A stretch of DNA of 64,000 nt from a virus, in the IMG/VR virus record IMGVR_UViG_3300045988_154277. The stretch is one strand, 5' to 3'. Made by a program: the position numbers and the translations under genes. The notes below the pieces were generated by a model that saw only the letters and a list, made by a program, of their open reading frames with translations, was not told the DNA's origin and ran no database searches. Positions 38,775-49,080 of the stretch are shown here, piece after piece; positions within the stretch are counted from its first letter, which is position 1, and each line of letters starts with the position of its first letter.

Positions 38775-39137
38775 TCATTTTGACTCTAAGGAGAGATCTA
38801 CGTAACAGAAGGAGCAGATAAGCACTTCGTCTGACTCATCCAACATGGTGTCGTTCGTAAGTGGGATTTCAACGTTGGTGACGTATCCATCTTCATCTCT
38901 ATCCGACTCCAGGACCGAGAGTTCGTCATATCGATAAGACCGTACTGGATGGGATGTATCAATGTTCTTGATTACGATCTCGTCTCCTGTGGATCCCAAA
39001 CAGAATCGATACAACTTGACGTAGTTGATCCCTGTCATCTCATCGGTATAAAGGTGGATGAGATAGGGTTTTCCTTGGATCAACAGTTCTCCTGTAGCGT
39101 TGACCTTCAGGATCGTGGTGTGTAAAAAGCGATGCAT
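38775..39137 (-). CDS. hypothetical protein
   Basis: GGGAGG SD. Confidence 0.4.
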   Translation of the reverse strand: MHRFLHTTILKVNATGELLIQGKPYLIHLYTDEMTGINYVKLYRFCLGSTGDEIVIKNIDTSHPVRSYRYDELSVLESDRDEDGYVTNVEIPLTNDTMLDESDEVLICSFCYVDLSLESK

Positions 39138-39231
39138 TATGATTCCTCCCTGTTGGTATGTGAACGTGTGTAAGATAGTGAGAACATCTCAACATCTACG
39201 TTACTGTAATGTAACGTAGATGTTGAACATA

Positions 39232-39696
39232 TTAATTGGCTCTGGATTCAGCACCTTTCGATGTGAATATGACATCCGAGTAAGGATCGTAGAATACTTG
39301 ACGTTGATCAAGATGGAACAGTAATCTGTTCAGGTAATATGCAAAGTCCACGTCTTTACCAACCTCCATATACCCGTACACAATAACCTTAGTGATACGA
39401 TCGGCGAACTCAACAGAGATACCAGTATCAGTTAATACTTTCACCAACTGAGCTCTGTAATCCTCTGACTGACTCACTCCCCGTCTATGGATCAGAAGAG
39501 AAGCGATGATCGTACGATACGCCTCTACACCAGCAACGGTGTGCTCGTAACTTGGATACTTGCAAATATCACGGATCGTATCAGCCGTTCTTACAGCCTG
39601 ACGTTCCAGTTCATCTTGGAACACTACGGTTCCGGTACGACATCCCGCCAGAATGAGCATCACACATCCAACGAAAAATAAAACAAGTTTATGCAT
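39232..39696 (-). CDS. lipoprotein (signal peptide with lipobox)
   Basis: AGGAGG SD before MHKLVLFFVGCVMLILAGC. LAGC is a classical signal-peptidase-II lipobox. Confidence 0.5.
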   Translation of the reverse strand: MHKLVLFFVGCVMLILAGCRTGTVVFQDELERQAVRTADTIRDICKYPSYEHTVAGVEAYRTIIASLLIHRRGVSQSEDYRAQLVKVLTDTGISVEFADRITKVIVYGYMEVGKDVDFAYYLNRLLFHLDQRQVFYDPYSDVIFTSKGAESRAN

Positions 39697-39757
39697 AAGA
39701 CCTCCTATTAGGTTACCCATAGGGTGGTTGAGTTGTTACGCTCAACCCCCTGATAGG

Positions 39758-40681
39758 TTACTTGTGTGACATATATACAGGATTGATATTGTCCATACCT
39801 TCCTGTTTCATATAGTTGACATAGTTATCGACTTTGTCACGAACCCAGTGATCCAATAATTCACACTGGTTATCCAGAGTACGACAGTCCTTCTTCCAAG
39901 GCATATCGACCACCAACCAATGACCACCGTAATAGTAATCATCGTTCATTTGGATCCCGTATAGAACGGCGATAGTGTTCATATCAGGATGTTCAAACAG
40001 ATTCTGGTGAATGATCTTGACTTTGCTATCCGGACAATCCGGAACGTACTGGTTGTTGATGTAGTGTTTTCCAACATTCCAACCAACATCCCCAAGATAG
40101 GCTTTGGTAGCATCTCGTAGATCGTTGTAAATGTACTCGACATCCTGTTCATCCAATGAGTTCCCATCCGTGATATAACACGGCACAGGTCTTGCCAGGA
40201 TGTATTTCGCCAGTCCAATCCGCGATGTGGCTTCTCCAAATTGTTTGGTATACCAATCTTGTAATTCGGACATTGGTTCACCTTCATCAGGAAAGATCGC
40301 GCTGTATTTCCGTATCCAATCTCTGATCTTATCAATCAATGCTTGGTTCTGCATCACTGTAGAAAAGCTGTCTTGGATAGATGTGTTAGATACACGGAAC
40401 GTCTTGTACTTGTTGTCCTTATACTTGAACTGATAGACGGCGTAGTTACCAGTCTTATCGTTATAAGTATCCAATGTGGATATACGAACATCAGAGTCGT
40501 TTGTAACGACTTGATCTAACGTTCTGAACAGTCCACATTTGTAATTGGAAGCTGCAACATCAGAAGCGGTTCTTCCACAGTAATCACTTAAGAAGATCGC
40601 AGCGCAGTTCTTGACAACATCGGGTGCATCTTCACGCACCCGGAATTGTAAACGCATCGCTCGTTTCACTGACATACACAA
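39758..40681 (-). CDS. hypothetical protein
   Basis: 307-aa ORF. Confidence 0.4.
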   Translation of the reverse strand: MCMSVKRAMRLQFRVREDAPDVVKNCAAIFLSDYCGRTASDVAASNYKCGLFRTLDQVVTNDSDVRISTLDTYNDKTGNYAVYQFKYKDNKYKTFRVSNTSIQDSFSTVMQNQALIDKIRDWIRKYSAIFPDEGEPMSELQDWYTKQFGEATSRIGLAKYILARPVPCYITDGNSLDEQDVEYIYNDLRDATKAYLGDVGWNVGKHYINNQYVPDCPDSKVKIIHQNLFEHPDMNTIAVLYGIQMNDDYYYGGHWLVVDMPWKKDCRTLDNQCELLDHWVRDKVDNYVNYMKQEGMDNINPVYMSHK

Positions 40682-40875
40682 TACCCTCCTCTGTTGATCC
40701 CGAAGGATGCTAAATCACATTTGCGTAAACTCACAGTATGGTCTCCGATACTTACCTTGATGTGAGTGGATCGTTCTTCTACGAACTTCCCGTAGATCAG
40801 CTCTCCATTCTGTAACTGAACTCTGACCGTCTTACCAGGCCAACAACAATGATGTTTTGGTTGTCTCTTCATAAG
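40666..40875 (-). CDS. small hypothetical protein
   Basis: C-terminal part of the tracked ORF 40666..40980. The N-terminus is ambiguous because it overlaps the next small gene. Confidence 0.2.
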   Translation of the reverse strand, partial: LMKRQPKHHCCWPGKTVRVQLQNGELIYGKFVEERSTHIKVSIGDHTVSLRKCDLASFGINRGGYCVCQ

Positions 40876-41011
40876 TTGCTTTCTTTTATAATAACTTTGA
40901 TGTTCCAAGCATGCCCACTCTGTTTCAAAGATAGGACGATTTGAGCAGCTTGATCCGGATCTTTGGCTACGCGGATGCAATGCCCATGTTTGGTCTCATA
41001 CTGAATGACTG
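40869..41011 (-). CDS. small protein (47 aa)
   Basis: AGGAGG 6 nt before the ATG. The tracked 113-aa ORF would overlap tRNA-Pro and is therefore truncated to this start. Confidence 0.3.
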
Positions 41012-41117
41012 CTTCTGACATAGTTTCCTCCTGTGCTTTAAGTTTATGATGTAGAACTATAACAAAAATATCAACAGAGGAGGCACCAACCTCCTCTGTT
41101 GATATAGATATAATAAA

Positions 41118-41197
41118 TGGTCCGTGTGGAGGGATTCGAACCCCCGACAACTCCTGCTCCCAAAGCAGGCGCGCTAACCAGACTACGCTACACACGG
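41118..41197 (-). tRNA. tRNA-Pro (UGG), CCA encoded
   Basis: Acceptor CCGTGTG/CACACGG, anticodon arm CCTGC-TTTGGGA-GCAGG, T-loop TTCGAAT, 3' ACCA. Confidence 0.7.
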
Positions 41198-41206
41198 ATA
41201 TTGAAT

Positions 41207-41395
41207 TCATCGATTACCGTAACCAGCAGGAAGCTCACCAAGATCGTATCCTAGATCTAGATGACTCGCCTCTTCTTTTATTTTCTTATTCCGGATAGCT
41301 TCGGAGATGATCGCTTCTCGTTCTGCTTTTGCTTTCTTAAGGAAGTCTGCTGTGATCGCACACATACCTACATCCAATTCATCATCGAGGTCCAT
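41207..41395 (-). CDS. small protein between tRNA genes (62 aa)
   Basis: AGGAGA SD before MDLDDELDVGMCAITADFLKK. Confidence 0.25.
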   Translation of the reverse strand: MDLDDELDVGMCAITADFLKKAKAEREAIISEAIRNKKIKEEASHLDLGYDLGELPAGYGNR

Positions 41396-41418
41396 CAGTT
41401 GTCTCCTGTATTCAAAGA

Positions 41419-41489
41419 TTAGTCCCACCAGGATTCGAACCTAGACTAAAAGATCCAAACTCTTCTGTGCTACCATTACACCATGAGAC
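41419..41489 (-). tRNA. tRNA-Gln (UUG); alternative register gives UGG
   Basis: Acceptor AGTCTCA/TGGGACT with a G-U pair, D-arm containing GG, anticodon arm GAAGA-GTTTGGA-TCTTT, T-loop TTCGAAT. Confidence 0.5.
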
Positions 41490-41505
41490 TACGAAGTTGT
41501 ATAGG

Positions 41506-41639
41506 GTGAATGTGGTAGGACTCGAACCTACACCAGTTTTCACTGACTTGTCATTCTCTGAGCTTGAGGTATATATCTCAGGATTCTCCAAGCGACCGAG
41601 GGACCAGCTCGGGACTCTAACCAGTTGAGTTACACATTC
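41506..41639 (-). tRNA. aberrant tRNA-like element (Thr-GGU-like) with about 65-nt insertion at the variable-loop position
   Basis: Perfect acceptor GAATGTG/CACATTC, D-arm ACTC-AACTGGTTA-GAGT, anticodon arm CCGAG-CTGGTCC-CTCGG, T-arm GTAGG-TTCGAGT-CCTAC. A 65-nt insert with two hairpins separates the anticodon arm from the T-arm. Confidence 0.35.
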
Positions 41640-42506
41640 ATGGTGGAGGTGGCGGGTTATTCTCCCGCGTCTTACCTTACTTCAGATCAGTTTCGTTCAC
41701 AAGCTTAGTTTCGCTTATATTAGTCACACAGTCGATGTACGAAACTTGAGGAATCTCAGAGTGCTACTCTGTATCATTCTAACTGTACTGTGTCAAGTCA
41801 CTTCATGTGGGCGCTACTCCACTTCATGGATGCTCCCAGTAGTGTACCATCCTGGGCTACATCGACAACCAATCTGTGCGCATATTCTAACGATTCACGA
41901 TTGGTGAACCTCATTAGAACCCGAACCAAAGAAACGAGAGCGAATCATCGAGTCTTTGAAATTGCACTACTAGTCTCGTTATCGGAGTCCGAGACGTTCG
42001 TGGCCATCACGCAGCAGCGAGAAGGGCTTCTTCAGTGTTGTTGACACTTATTGTTTTGATCAGCTTTTATACAGGCCAACTGATCAACCTGTGCTTGCAA
42101 CTTAATCTTCCACAAAGCAATCGAAATAAAATCACCCCCGTGAAAAGAGGAACTGTGATCGGTGATGGGCACCGATCTTCACCCGGACTTCGTCAACAGG
42201 TTGGGGCAGTTCCAAGCTCCCATCGAGGTGATATAGACACCTCTTACAACAGCGAACATAACTCACAAAGATCACCACTCCTCAGAGTGTTACGAGGAAT
42301 CGGGATTTACCGGGATCCGGACGATGTATTCAACTATCTGATCTTGAGAGAGGAATCAAACTCTTGATCAACTCATGGACTAACCCTGCATCTACAGTGC
42401 TCCGTTAGATCCATCATCGTTTACTTTGCATCGATTACCCTGTCACTCGCATCCTGTGTGTCCACTGGAGTATACATTAGGTAGACTCAGTAGATTATTA
42501 CTGAGA

Positions 42507-42833
42507 TTACACGAACGACCAAGCTGTCGTGAAGAACGAAATGTCATGTCTTGGATCATCGATCGATACGAACAACACTCCATCCGAACCGAGACTGATC
42601 AGACGAATCGGAACCTGGTTGATGATCGCTGTTTGGATATCATGAAAGTTGTTCGGATAAGTCATCTCAGCTTTTGAATCTTGTTTGTTGTAGATTGTAA
42701 GATTCAACCGATGGAGATCTTTGTTGGTGTCCTGAAGGGTCATTTCCAACAGGATTGCTTGTTCTTTTTCACGTGTGATCGCACTTGTAGTGCACTGCTT
42801 GATGTGTCCATCCATCAATGGTTCATGTTCCAT
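42507..42833 (-). CDS. hypothetical protein
   Basis: AGGTAGGT SD. Confidence 0.4.
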   Translation of the reverse strand: MEHEPLMDGHIKQCTTSAITREKEQAILLEMTLQDTNKDLHRLNLTIYNKQDSKAEMTYPNNFHDIQTAIINQVPIRLISLGSDGVLFVSIDDPRHDISFFTTAWSFV

Positions 42834-42902
42834 ATATTACCTACCTTTCAATTAGGGTTGTGTTATGTTAAGTGTGATGCATCCATACACCACTATCACT
42901 TC

Positions 42903-42923
42903 GTAATATATAGCCAAAACATC
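42903..42923 (+). promoter_or_regulatory. AT-rich conserved intergenic motif, copy f
   Basis: GTAATATATAGCCAAAACATC, about 65 nt from the start of minus-strand gene 42507..42833. Confidence 0.3.
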
Positions 42924-43010
42924 ATTGAAAAAAAGGTGGAGGAGTTGAACCTCCCTGTCGGATAGTGCAGTCCGACCCATCACCGGATGGTTATACACTC
43001 TCGTGTTCGT

Positions 43011-43412
43011 CTAACTCGAGGGAGTATCGTTGGTGTTCCAAGATCCTTCACGTATCTTGAAGTTCGTGATCAGATCGCCGTATGGGAGATTCAAGGACTT
43101 CCTGATGACGATAGTTGCCCGATCAGAATCTCCTATACAGATACCACCATGGATCGTGCTATACGCACGTGATGATGGAAACTCTCTGTATAGGAATATG
43201 CGACCTGAGTTAAAGTTACATTTCTGTAACAACTCTTTCGCACACTTTTCAGAACAACGGATGTGTGCCGTATCGATGTTCCTAAAGAACTCTCTTAATC
43301 CGCTGATATCAGTATCAAGTGCATCGAATATATCGTTGCGCCACCCGATCATCATACCATCCAGTACGGTATGCGCCTCCAATACCAAGTCGATTCCCTT
43401 CTGAAAGCTCAT
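43011..43412 (-). CDS. hypothetical protein
   Basis: AAGGAGG SD before MSFQKGIDLV. Confidence 0.4.
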   Translation of the reverse strand: MSFQKGIDLVLEAHTVLDGMMIGWRNDIFDALDTDISGLREFFRNIDTAHIRCSEKCAKELLQKCNFNSGRIFLYREFPSSRAYSTIHGGICIGDSDRATIVIRKSLNLPYGDLITNFKIREGSWNTNDTPSS

Positions 43413-43429
43413 AATTAAACCTCCTTTTC

Positions 43430-44407
43430 TCACACAGGTGTTACCTTGGATACTTTGTATTCTGAACCATGCAACAGAACGTCAATGGTCTCTTTCACTC
43501 CCTCCTGATACAACACAAACCTCGGGAAGTCGTCCAAGTATACTCTTGTATTTTCGAAGAGTTTCTCTTCTAATGTCGTATTGAGATATCGAACCACTCC
43601 TCTCTTTTGTCCGTGGGTTTCCAACTGATTGACCATTGTCATCAGATCTGTTGGTACCTGTTTCATCCTCAAGATACCAAGGAGGGCTGCCCAGTATTCC
43701 TTCAGATAACACTGAAGGTGCTCAGGGATATCAGTAAGAGGATCCTTATACGATTCATCTTGTGCGATATCCTTCAGGGTGATGAGTTGAGGCTCGTCTC
43801 GATATGTTCCATTGACCTTGCAGCAACGGTAAGTATCGATGCGTGCTTCTCTCAGGATATCCAGAGACAACTGCTGCTTCTTCCTCCAGTCATCTTTGAT
43901 CTCTTGAGTCGGTGCTTCGGAACGATCTTCCATATAGAAGACATTCGTAACTCCCGCTTGTTTGAGAAGTTTCGCACAGCTGTGACATGGCGGTAACGTG
44001 ATGAACGCATAGCATCCGTCAGTACGCATACCACTGAACGCTGCGAAACAGATCGCGTTGGCTTCTGCATGGACTACATAATCCATCTTCACTTCACGAT
44101 CCGCATAGCGTTCCGGAGTATCCGCAACATCACGACAGAACCCATTGAACCCAGTTGACAGGATCTGTTTGTTGGTGGGCGATACCAACACACAACCAAC
44201 TTTCGTCTTGTCTTTGGATTTGGAAGCCACGACAGTGGCGATATCCATGAAGTACTTGATCCAAGAATCCGTCATAGGAGCTGGATAGTTCTCCAAGATA
44301 TCACGAATGCCAGGTTTCCAATGTTGCAGTGAGATATCCGGCATAGCACCGAAACCAGTATAGGACTTCCCGTTTTCGAAATACAACATGTTGTATAGAT
44401 CGACCAT
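43430..44407 (-). CDS. dCMP deaminase with N- and C-terminal extensions
   Basis: Zinc-binding signature HAEANAI ... PCHSCAKLL (H-A-E ... PCxxC). Confidence 0.65.
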   Translation of the reverse strand: MVDLYNMLYFENGKSYTGFGAMPDISLQHWKPGIRDILENYPAPMTDSWIKYFMDIATVVASKSKDKTKVGCVLVSPTNKQILSTGFNGFCRDVADTPERYADREVKMDYVVHAEANAICFAAFSGMRTDGCYAFITLPPCHSCAKLLKQAGVTNVFYMEDRSEAPTQEIKDDWRKKQQLSLDILREARIDTYRCCKVNGTYRDEPQLITLKDIAQDESYKDPLTDIPEHLQCYLKEYWAALLGILRMKQVPTDLMTMVNQLETHGQKRGVVRYLNTTLEEKLFENTRVYLDDFPRFVLYQEGVKETIDVLLHGSEYKVSKVTPV

Positions 44408-44467
44408 GATAGTTCCTCCGTAAATAGTGAGCAGGGAGAGTATACAGTCTCTCCCTGCTCAGATGTA

Positions 44468-45571
44468 TTAGTTCTTGGATTCCATCACTCCGAGCGGGTC
44501 GACTTCCGCTTCTTTGAGGATGGTATCGAGTGTCTCCTTGGGAAGATCGTTGGCTTTGTCGACGTAGACTGCGGCATCCGTCTTGAATCCGGTCACTTCG
44601 ATTTCGACGTTTTCACGGAACTCATCCGATACCGCTCTGTACACGACAGAGGAGACCACAGTCAGATCACCGGTCTGGATATCCAGTTTGCCGGTGCAGA
44701 AGATGGTCAGCTTGACATCCTCTGTGAAGTACTTGCCCCAGAAATTAAGCACATCTTCACCAGAGCGCGGCTGCTTATCAAGTGACTGGAGGAGACCTTT
44801 CGCTGTAGTCTCGATCATGAACGCAACCGTGCGCTCACTTGCGTTCTTGCTGATCCCGTACACGAACTGATTGTGTTTGTCGTCATTCACTTTCAGAGTG
44901 AACAACGAGCAGAAATCAGGTTCCTTATTGGCTTCTTTCTGTTTGTCAATGATCCGAATATGGAGATCTGTGATCTTTGCACGTTCCACGATCTTGTCAC
45001 CATTCCAATCGTGGTAGTATTCCGGAGCGTGATTCAAGAGATTGAGTTTCTCCTTGATCGGCAACCACTCAGTCGTCAGAGTCTGCGTTCCGAAGTCTTT
45101 GGTCTCTTTCTTCTTGGCAGCAGTATGCTCCGTATACTGGATCAGTCGCAGGAACTTGGCAGCATCCTCATTCACGATATCTTTCCCATCTTTGAAATGA
45201 CGAGTGATCGTGAGAGCTTCTTTGTTGAATGTATAAGAAATCTCAAGGTCTGAAAGTATCAGTTCGTCCTTGGTGATATCCGTAGTGAATGTAACCGGGA
45301 TTTCTCTCTTGTTCGTTCCATTCTGCTGCTTCAGGAGTTTGATAGCAGTATCCAGTGTTCCTTTACACAGTTGATGATAGTATTCATACACTCTGAGCGG
45401 GATACCGCTTACCACAACCGTGGTAAGGACCTGAGTGATCTCCTTCTTGAATGCAGCGAAATCACAGGGTTTCCCAAGAGCAACAAAGTTATACGAGCTG
45501 AGAGAGCTCTGCTTCTTCTCCTTTTTGGGATTGGTGTTGACGGGATGGTACTTGCTTTTCTTCTTAGGCAT
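44468..45571 (-). CDS. hypothetical protein with basic N-terminus
   Basis: 367-aa ORF. Confidence 0.4.
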   Translation of the reverse strand: MPKKKSKYHPVNTNPKKEKKQSSLSSYNFVALGKPCDFAAFKKEITQVLTTVVVSGIPLRVYEYYHQLCKGTLDTAIKLLKQQNGTNKREIPVTFTTDITKDELILSDLEISYTFNKEALTITRHFKDGKDIVNEDAAKFLRLIQYTEHTAAKKKETKDFGTQTLTTEWLPIKEKLNLLNHAPEYYHDWNGDKIVERAKITDLHIRIIDKQKEANKEPDFCSLFTLKVNDDKHNQFVYGISKNASERTVAFMIETTAKGLLQSLDKQPRSGEDVLNFWGKYFTEDVKLTIFCTGKLDIQTGDLTVVSSVVYRAVSDEFRENVEIEVTGFKTDAAVYVDKANDLPKETLDTILKEAEVDPLGVMESKN

Positions 45572-45782
45572 AGTGATTCCTTTCTTTTGGTATTTTCATA
45601 CGCCTTACAGCTGAAACTAAACGTTGTTTTACATTGGGTGGGATAGGCTCCTCTGCTCTGGTGAGCAGAGGGCCTCCTAAACGATCAAGCGTTGCGTAAC
45701 AACGCTTGCAAACATGGACTTCTAGAATGGGATATTCCTTCAGTTCTCTGTTTTGATCACAACAGGAACATGCTCCAGACAT
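45564..45782 (-). CDS. zinc-ribbon protein
   Basis: MSGACSCCDQNRELKEYPILEVHVCKRCYATLD. Confidence 0.35.
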   Translation of the reverse strand: MSGACSCCDQNRELKEYPILEVHVCKRCYATLDRLGGPLLTRAEEPIPPNVKQRLVSAVRRMKIPKERNHYA

Positions 45783-46486
45783 TAGTCCTCCTTGAGTTTG
45801 AAGTACGAGATGCAACGATCGACGAAATGATTGTACTGTTGTGTGAACGTTCTGTTAAAGATATAGATGCAATCGATTCCCGTTGTTTTGTCGAAATACG
45901 GGATGACCGGATAGTGCATCCAATCAGCAGTAACGAATGATGCAACAACCTGACGGTTCTCACATTTATCAACGTCGAGCAATCTCTGATGCCTCAACTT
46001 GTTGTGAAGAAGAGTCAGCGAAACCTTCTTGTCGAACCAATAGCGACTGAACACATAGTCCTCAGGTTGACAAAAACTGTAGCTGACGTAGACACGTCCG
46101 TCTGCCTTCTTCTGTGCACCGAAGTATCCGACCACTCGCAGCTGTTCCCAGTTGGCAACTTGAGTGCACAACTTGTTGTACCGCAGCATGTTGGAAGCGA
46201 ATCCTTTGTAGTTCGATATGAAGATACCGGCTTTGATCGGGTGGATTATAACGCCTTTGGACGGTTCGATAGGAATACACGCGAGTTTCTCGATGCCGAA
46301 ACCGTTCGCGGTCATGACATCCAACAGGCCTGTCGTCATATCGAACTTGGTCTGGGTGTTCTCCATACGACCAAACGTTCTGCATATCCGGACCGATAAC
46401 GGAATACCATCCTTAACCATCCTGCGGGCATGCTCACGGCATACTTCTTGATAGTCCCAATTGACAAATTCGATTGTGTTGTCCAT
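45782..46486 (-). CDS. hypothetical protein
   Basis: 234-aa ORF. Confidence 0.4.
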   Translation of the reverse strand: MDNTIEFVNWDYQEVCREHARRMVKDGIPLSVRICRTFGRMENTQTKFDMTTGLLDVMTANGFGIEKLACIPIEPSKGVIIHPIKAGIFISNYKGFASNMLRYNKLCTQVANWEQLRVVGYFGAQKKADGRVYVSYSFCQPEDYVFSRYWFDKKVSLTLLHNKLRHQRLLDVDKCENRQVVASFVTADWMHYPVIPYFDKTTGIDCIYIFNRTFTQQYNHFVDRCISYFKLKED

Positions 46487-46586
46487 GATTGATTCCTCTC
46501 AGTGGTGTTGTTATAGTGTTCTCCAGTTCCAGAATCGAACTGAAAAGGAGGAAGGCAACCAACCTTCCTCCTGACCATCCTGGAGA

Positions 46587-47330
46587 TTAGAAGCACTTAT
46601 AGTACTCATTGAACTGCATCTTGGGATGCAACTCATACCGGTCTACATAATCCGGTTCAGCAAGTGTCCCAGGAACTCCGTTCGGACGTTCATACCGGAA
46701 CCGATAGATCGTCCGCCGATACGCATCGACGACATCGAGCGTATCACCCATTTTTACACCTCTGGAGATCATCAGATCCGTCCAAATCGCCAGGAGAGCA
46801 TCTCCTGCTTTGCATGCGATGTAAGCCTCACGGAGAGTCATGTTCGTACCAGGGACTTGCTCCTGGAAGAACTTGACCGGATCCAGCTTGATCTCACACT
46901 TATCTTCCGTGACCTCTTTCACAAGATCCAGATAAGGTTCACTATCAGCCTTACCTTCGATCTGCTGATAAGGAAGATAACTTCCCATGATCTTCCCTTT
47001 GATGATCGAACCAACTTCCAGTCCATTCATCGAGATAACCAGAGAGTTCTCTTTGGGGATGTTGCAGAACTTCTTCAACATGGAGAGGAATATACGGTAG
47101 TTGAGTCTGGCGTACAACGGACTCGTATAGGGGACAGTATACTTGGTTTTCAGTTCAGTGATCAGATCGATCAAGCTGATGTAATCGTGGGATGAGATGG
47201 TGACATTCCCATCTTTGTCCAGTCCGTTAAACAGAGCTCGTGTGATGTTCTGTGTGTTGTAAACACACAGACTCAGCTGTCCAACTTGGTTACGGATGTT
47301 GTCGGTTTCACGTTTGATTGTGTTTTCCAT
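46587..47330 (-). CDS. hypothetical protein
   Basis: 247-aa ORF with a hairpin downstream. Confidence 0.4.
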   Translation of the reverse strand: MENTIKRETDNIRNQVGQLSLCVYNTQNITRALFNGLDKDGNVTISSHDYISLIDLITELKTKYTVPYTSPLYARLNYRIFLSMLKKFCNIPKENSLVISMNGLEVGSIIKGKIMGSYLPYQQIEGKADSEPYLDLVKEVTEDKCEIKLDPVKFFQEQVPGTNMTLREAYIACKAGDALLAIWTDLMISRGVKMGDTLDVVDAYRRTIYRFRYERPNGVPGTLAEPDYVDRYELHPKMQFNEYYKCF

Positions 47331-47561
47331 CTTCTGATCCTTTCGATTTGTTGAGATGGTTGAACATTGAGATCAGTTATCCTTTCGATATACCGATCTA
47401 TGACGATGTGTTCTATCTTAGCGTTACCCGAGGTGAACCACGTGGAGGTTTAGAACATCTCACCTCTGATGGGAAGGACTCTAGGAGGTAGGTATTAAAT
47501 CCTTCCCATCAGGTACCATATCACAACACCCAAAGACTCTTGGTACCGATATTACTCCAAA

Positions 47562-47583
47562 GGTAATATATACTTGAAACTAC
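47562..47583 (+). promoter_or_regulatory. AT-rich conserved intergenic motif, copy g
   Basis: GGTAATATATACTTGAAACTAC, abutting the stop codon of 47580..47930. Confidence 0.35.
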
Positions 47584-47930
47584 TTTGAGTTATGCCTGAT
47601 AATGCTTGTTATGACGTCCATGACCACAGGGCGTATATCTGAAGTATCGTTGATTGTGGATCTGATCTTACGCATATCATCCATACATCCACAGAACTTC
47701 TTGAATCTTGCTCTCTTTGTAACAATACTGGGACTATCCTTCGGATACTCATACACACCATCTGGTGATACGAAGCATCCTTGCAATTGATTTTTGTCTT
47801 TATCCCAGTATAGGGCCAATCCGAGCGGGTGCAATACTTGATCATTGATCGCGGTGATAATACCTAGTTCAGACATCAGTTTAGCATCCAAGACGTACGG
47901 TCTATCAGCAGTTGTTTCTGAATCACTCAT
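47580..47930 (-). CDS. hypothetical protein
   Basis: 116-aa ORF. Its stop codon abuts an AT-rich motif copy. Confidence 0.35.
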   Translation of the reverse strand: MSDSETTADRPYVLDAKLMSELGIITAINDQVLHPLGLALYWDKDKNQLQGCFVSPDGVYEYPKDSPSIVTKRARFKKFCGCMDDMRKIRSTINDTSDIRPVVMDVITSIIRHNSK

Positions 47931-47943
47931 TGGTCTTTGATTC

Positions 47944-48987
47944 CTAAAGTTTAAGATCTGATTGGATCATGTTCGCAAGATAACGGATCTGTGGATGTGC
48001 ATCAGATGCTGTTCTCAGTTTGAGGAAATGATCCCATGCTTCTTTAGTTCCTGTCACACAGAACTCACTCTTCAGAGATTGGGGTAGTACAGAACGAGCT
48101 TCCTGAGGAGACAACTTGCGTTCGATCATTTCATTGTACACACGTTCACACGCCTCCATGTGTTGTAACCACAGCCGCATGGTGTGGAAAGTAGCCATCA
48201 ACTCAGAAACTCCCTTAAAGGAAACTCCGTTCATGCAAATCAAAGATACATCACCTTTCTCTTCGACACATCCTCCCTTTTTCAAGAGGTTGTATAGGAA
48301 CTGCTCATCACTGTCGTCTTCCGTAGGAGACCAAAGAAACGGGATCGGAAGACAAAAGGTCACACCCTTTTTATTGTAGTTACAATAGCGGGTAGACTCC
48401 ACTGTGAACGACATGTTGTATCGATGACGTGTCCACTCTGCCATCACACCACGGTCTGTGACCACATGGTAGGTTTGGTATTGCATATCTTCGCTGATAC
48501 GCAACATTCCATCTTTGGGTTCCAAAGGTGTGTCTTCTTTGATCAAAGATTCAAAGATCGGTGGGAACAATTCTGCAAGGAAATGTTTCACATACCGGAA
48601 GACATACCAATAGGGCAATGGTGAAGATAACCAATCAAGATAAGCTCTGAAGTTACCAGTGATCGTGTACCATTCACTTTTATCATCCGACGTATGACTC
48701 AAGAACACATGTGGTTGAAGATACTCAGAAAGAACTTCAAAGTCTGTCTTAGTGAAAGAAGAACGTTTGATATCCAGAGTGATCCTGGCATGTTCCAACA
48801 CACTCCAATGACCACGCTGTACGATCCCTTTGATAAATCTGATGTAACTATCATCCGTGATCTTGTCTTCAGAACGATACGCGATCCTTCCACATCGCTC
48901 TATCTTTTTCATCAGAGCGATGTTTAACGGTATATCCTGATTGTTCGTAATATCAACACTGGTAACGCTCGGTGCTACTAATTCCAT
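47944..48987 (-). CDS. thyX: flavin-dependent thymidylate synthase
   Basis: ThyX signature RHRxxSxxxxSxR reads TRHRYNMSFTVESTRY. Confidence 0.65.
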   Translation of the reverse strand: MELVAPSVTSVDITNNQDIPLNIALMKKIERCGRIAYRSEDKITDDSYIRFIKGIVQRGHWSVLEHARITLDIKRSSFTKTDFEVLSEYLQPHVFLSHTSDDKSEWYTITGNFRAYLDWLSSPLPYWYVFRYVKHFLAELFPPIFESLIKEDTPLEPKDGMLRISEDMQYQTYHVVTDRGVMAEWTRHRYNMSFTVESTRYCNYNKKGVTFCLPIPFLWSPTEDDSDEQFLYNLLKKGGCVEEKGDVSLICMNGVSFKGVSELMATFHTMRLWLQHMEACERVYNEMIERKLSPQEARSVLPQSLKSEFCVTGTKEAWDHFLKLRTASDAHPQIRYLANMIQSDLKL

Positions 48988-49045
48988 AATGGACTCTCCT
49001 TGTAGTTGGTAGTTGTGTAGGATGTGGATTCGACATAGAAAGATA

Positions 49046-49080
49046 CTCTACTCTGGGAAGGATAACTTCCCAGAGTAGAG
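49046..49080. terminator. hairpin between the IS right end and thyX
   Basis: CTCTACTCTGGGAAGGATAACTTCCCAGAGTAGAG. Confidence 0.45.

Noticed and set aside
40869-41210. 113-aa ORF
   Set aside because: Its N-terminal half overlaps tRNA-Pro. The real gene is probably the 47-aa C-terminal part starting at the SD-preceded ATG at 41011.
42931-43005. Possible minus-strand tRNA (T-arm GGAGG-TTCAACT-CCTCC, anticodon region GCA)
   Set aside because: The anticodon loop would be 8 nt, the variable loop 3 nt, and no complementary acceptor stem exists. It is at best a decayed tRNA and is reported only in a finding.
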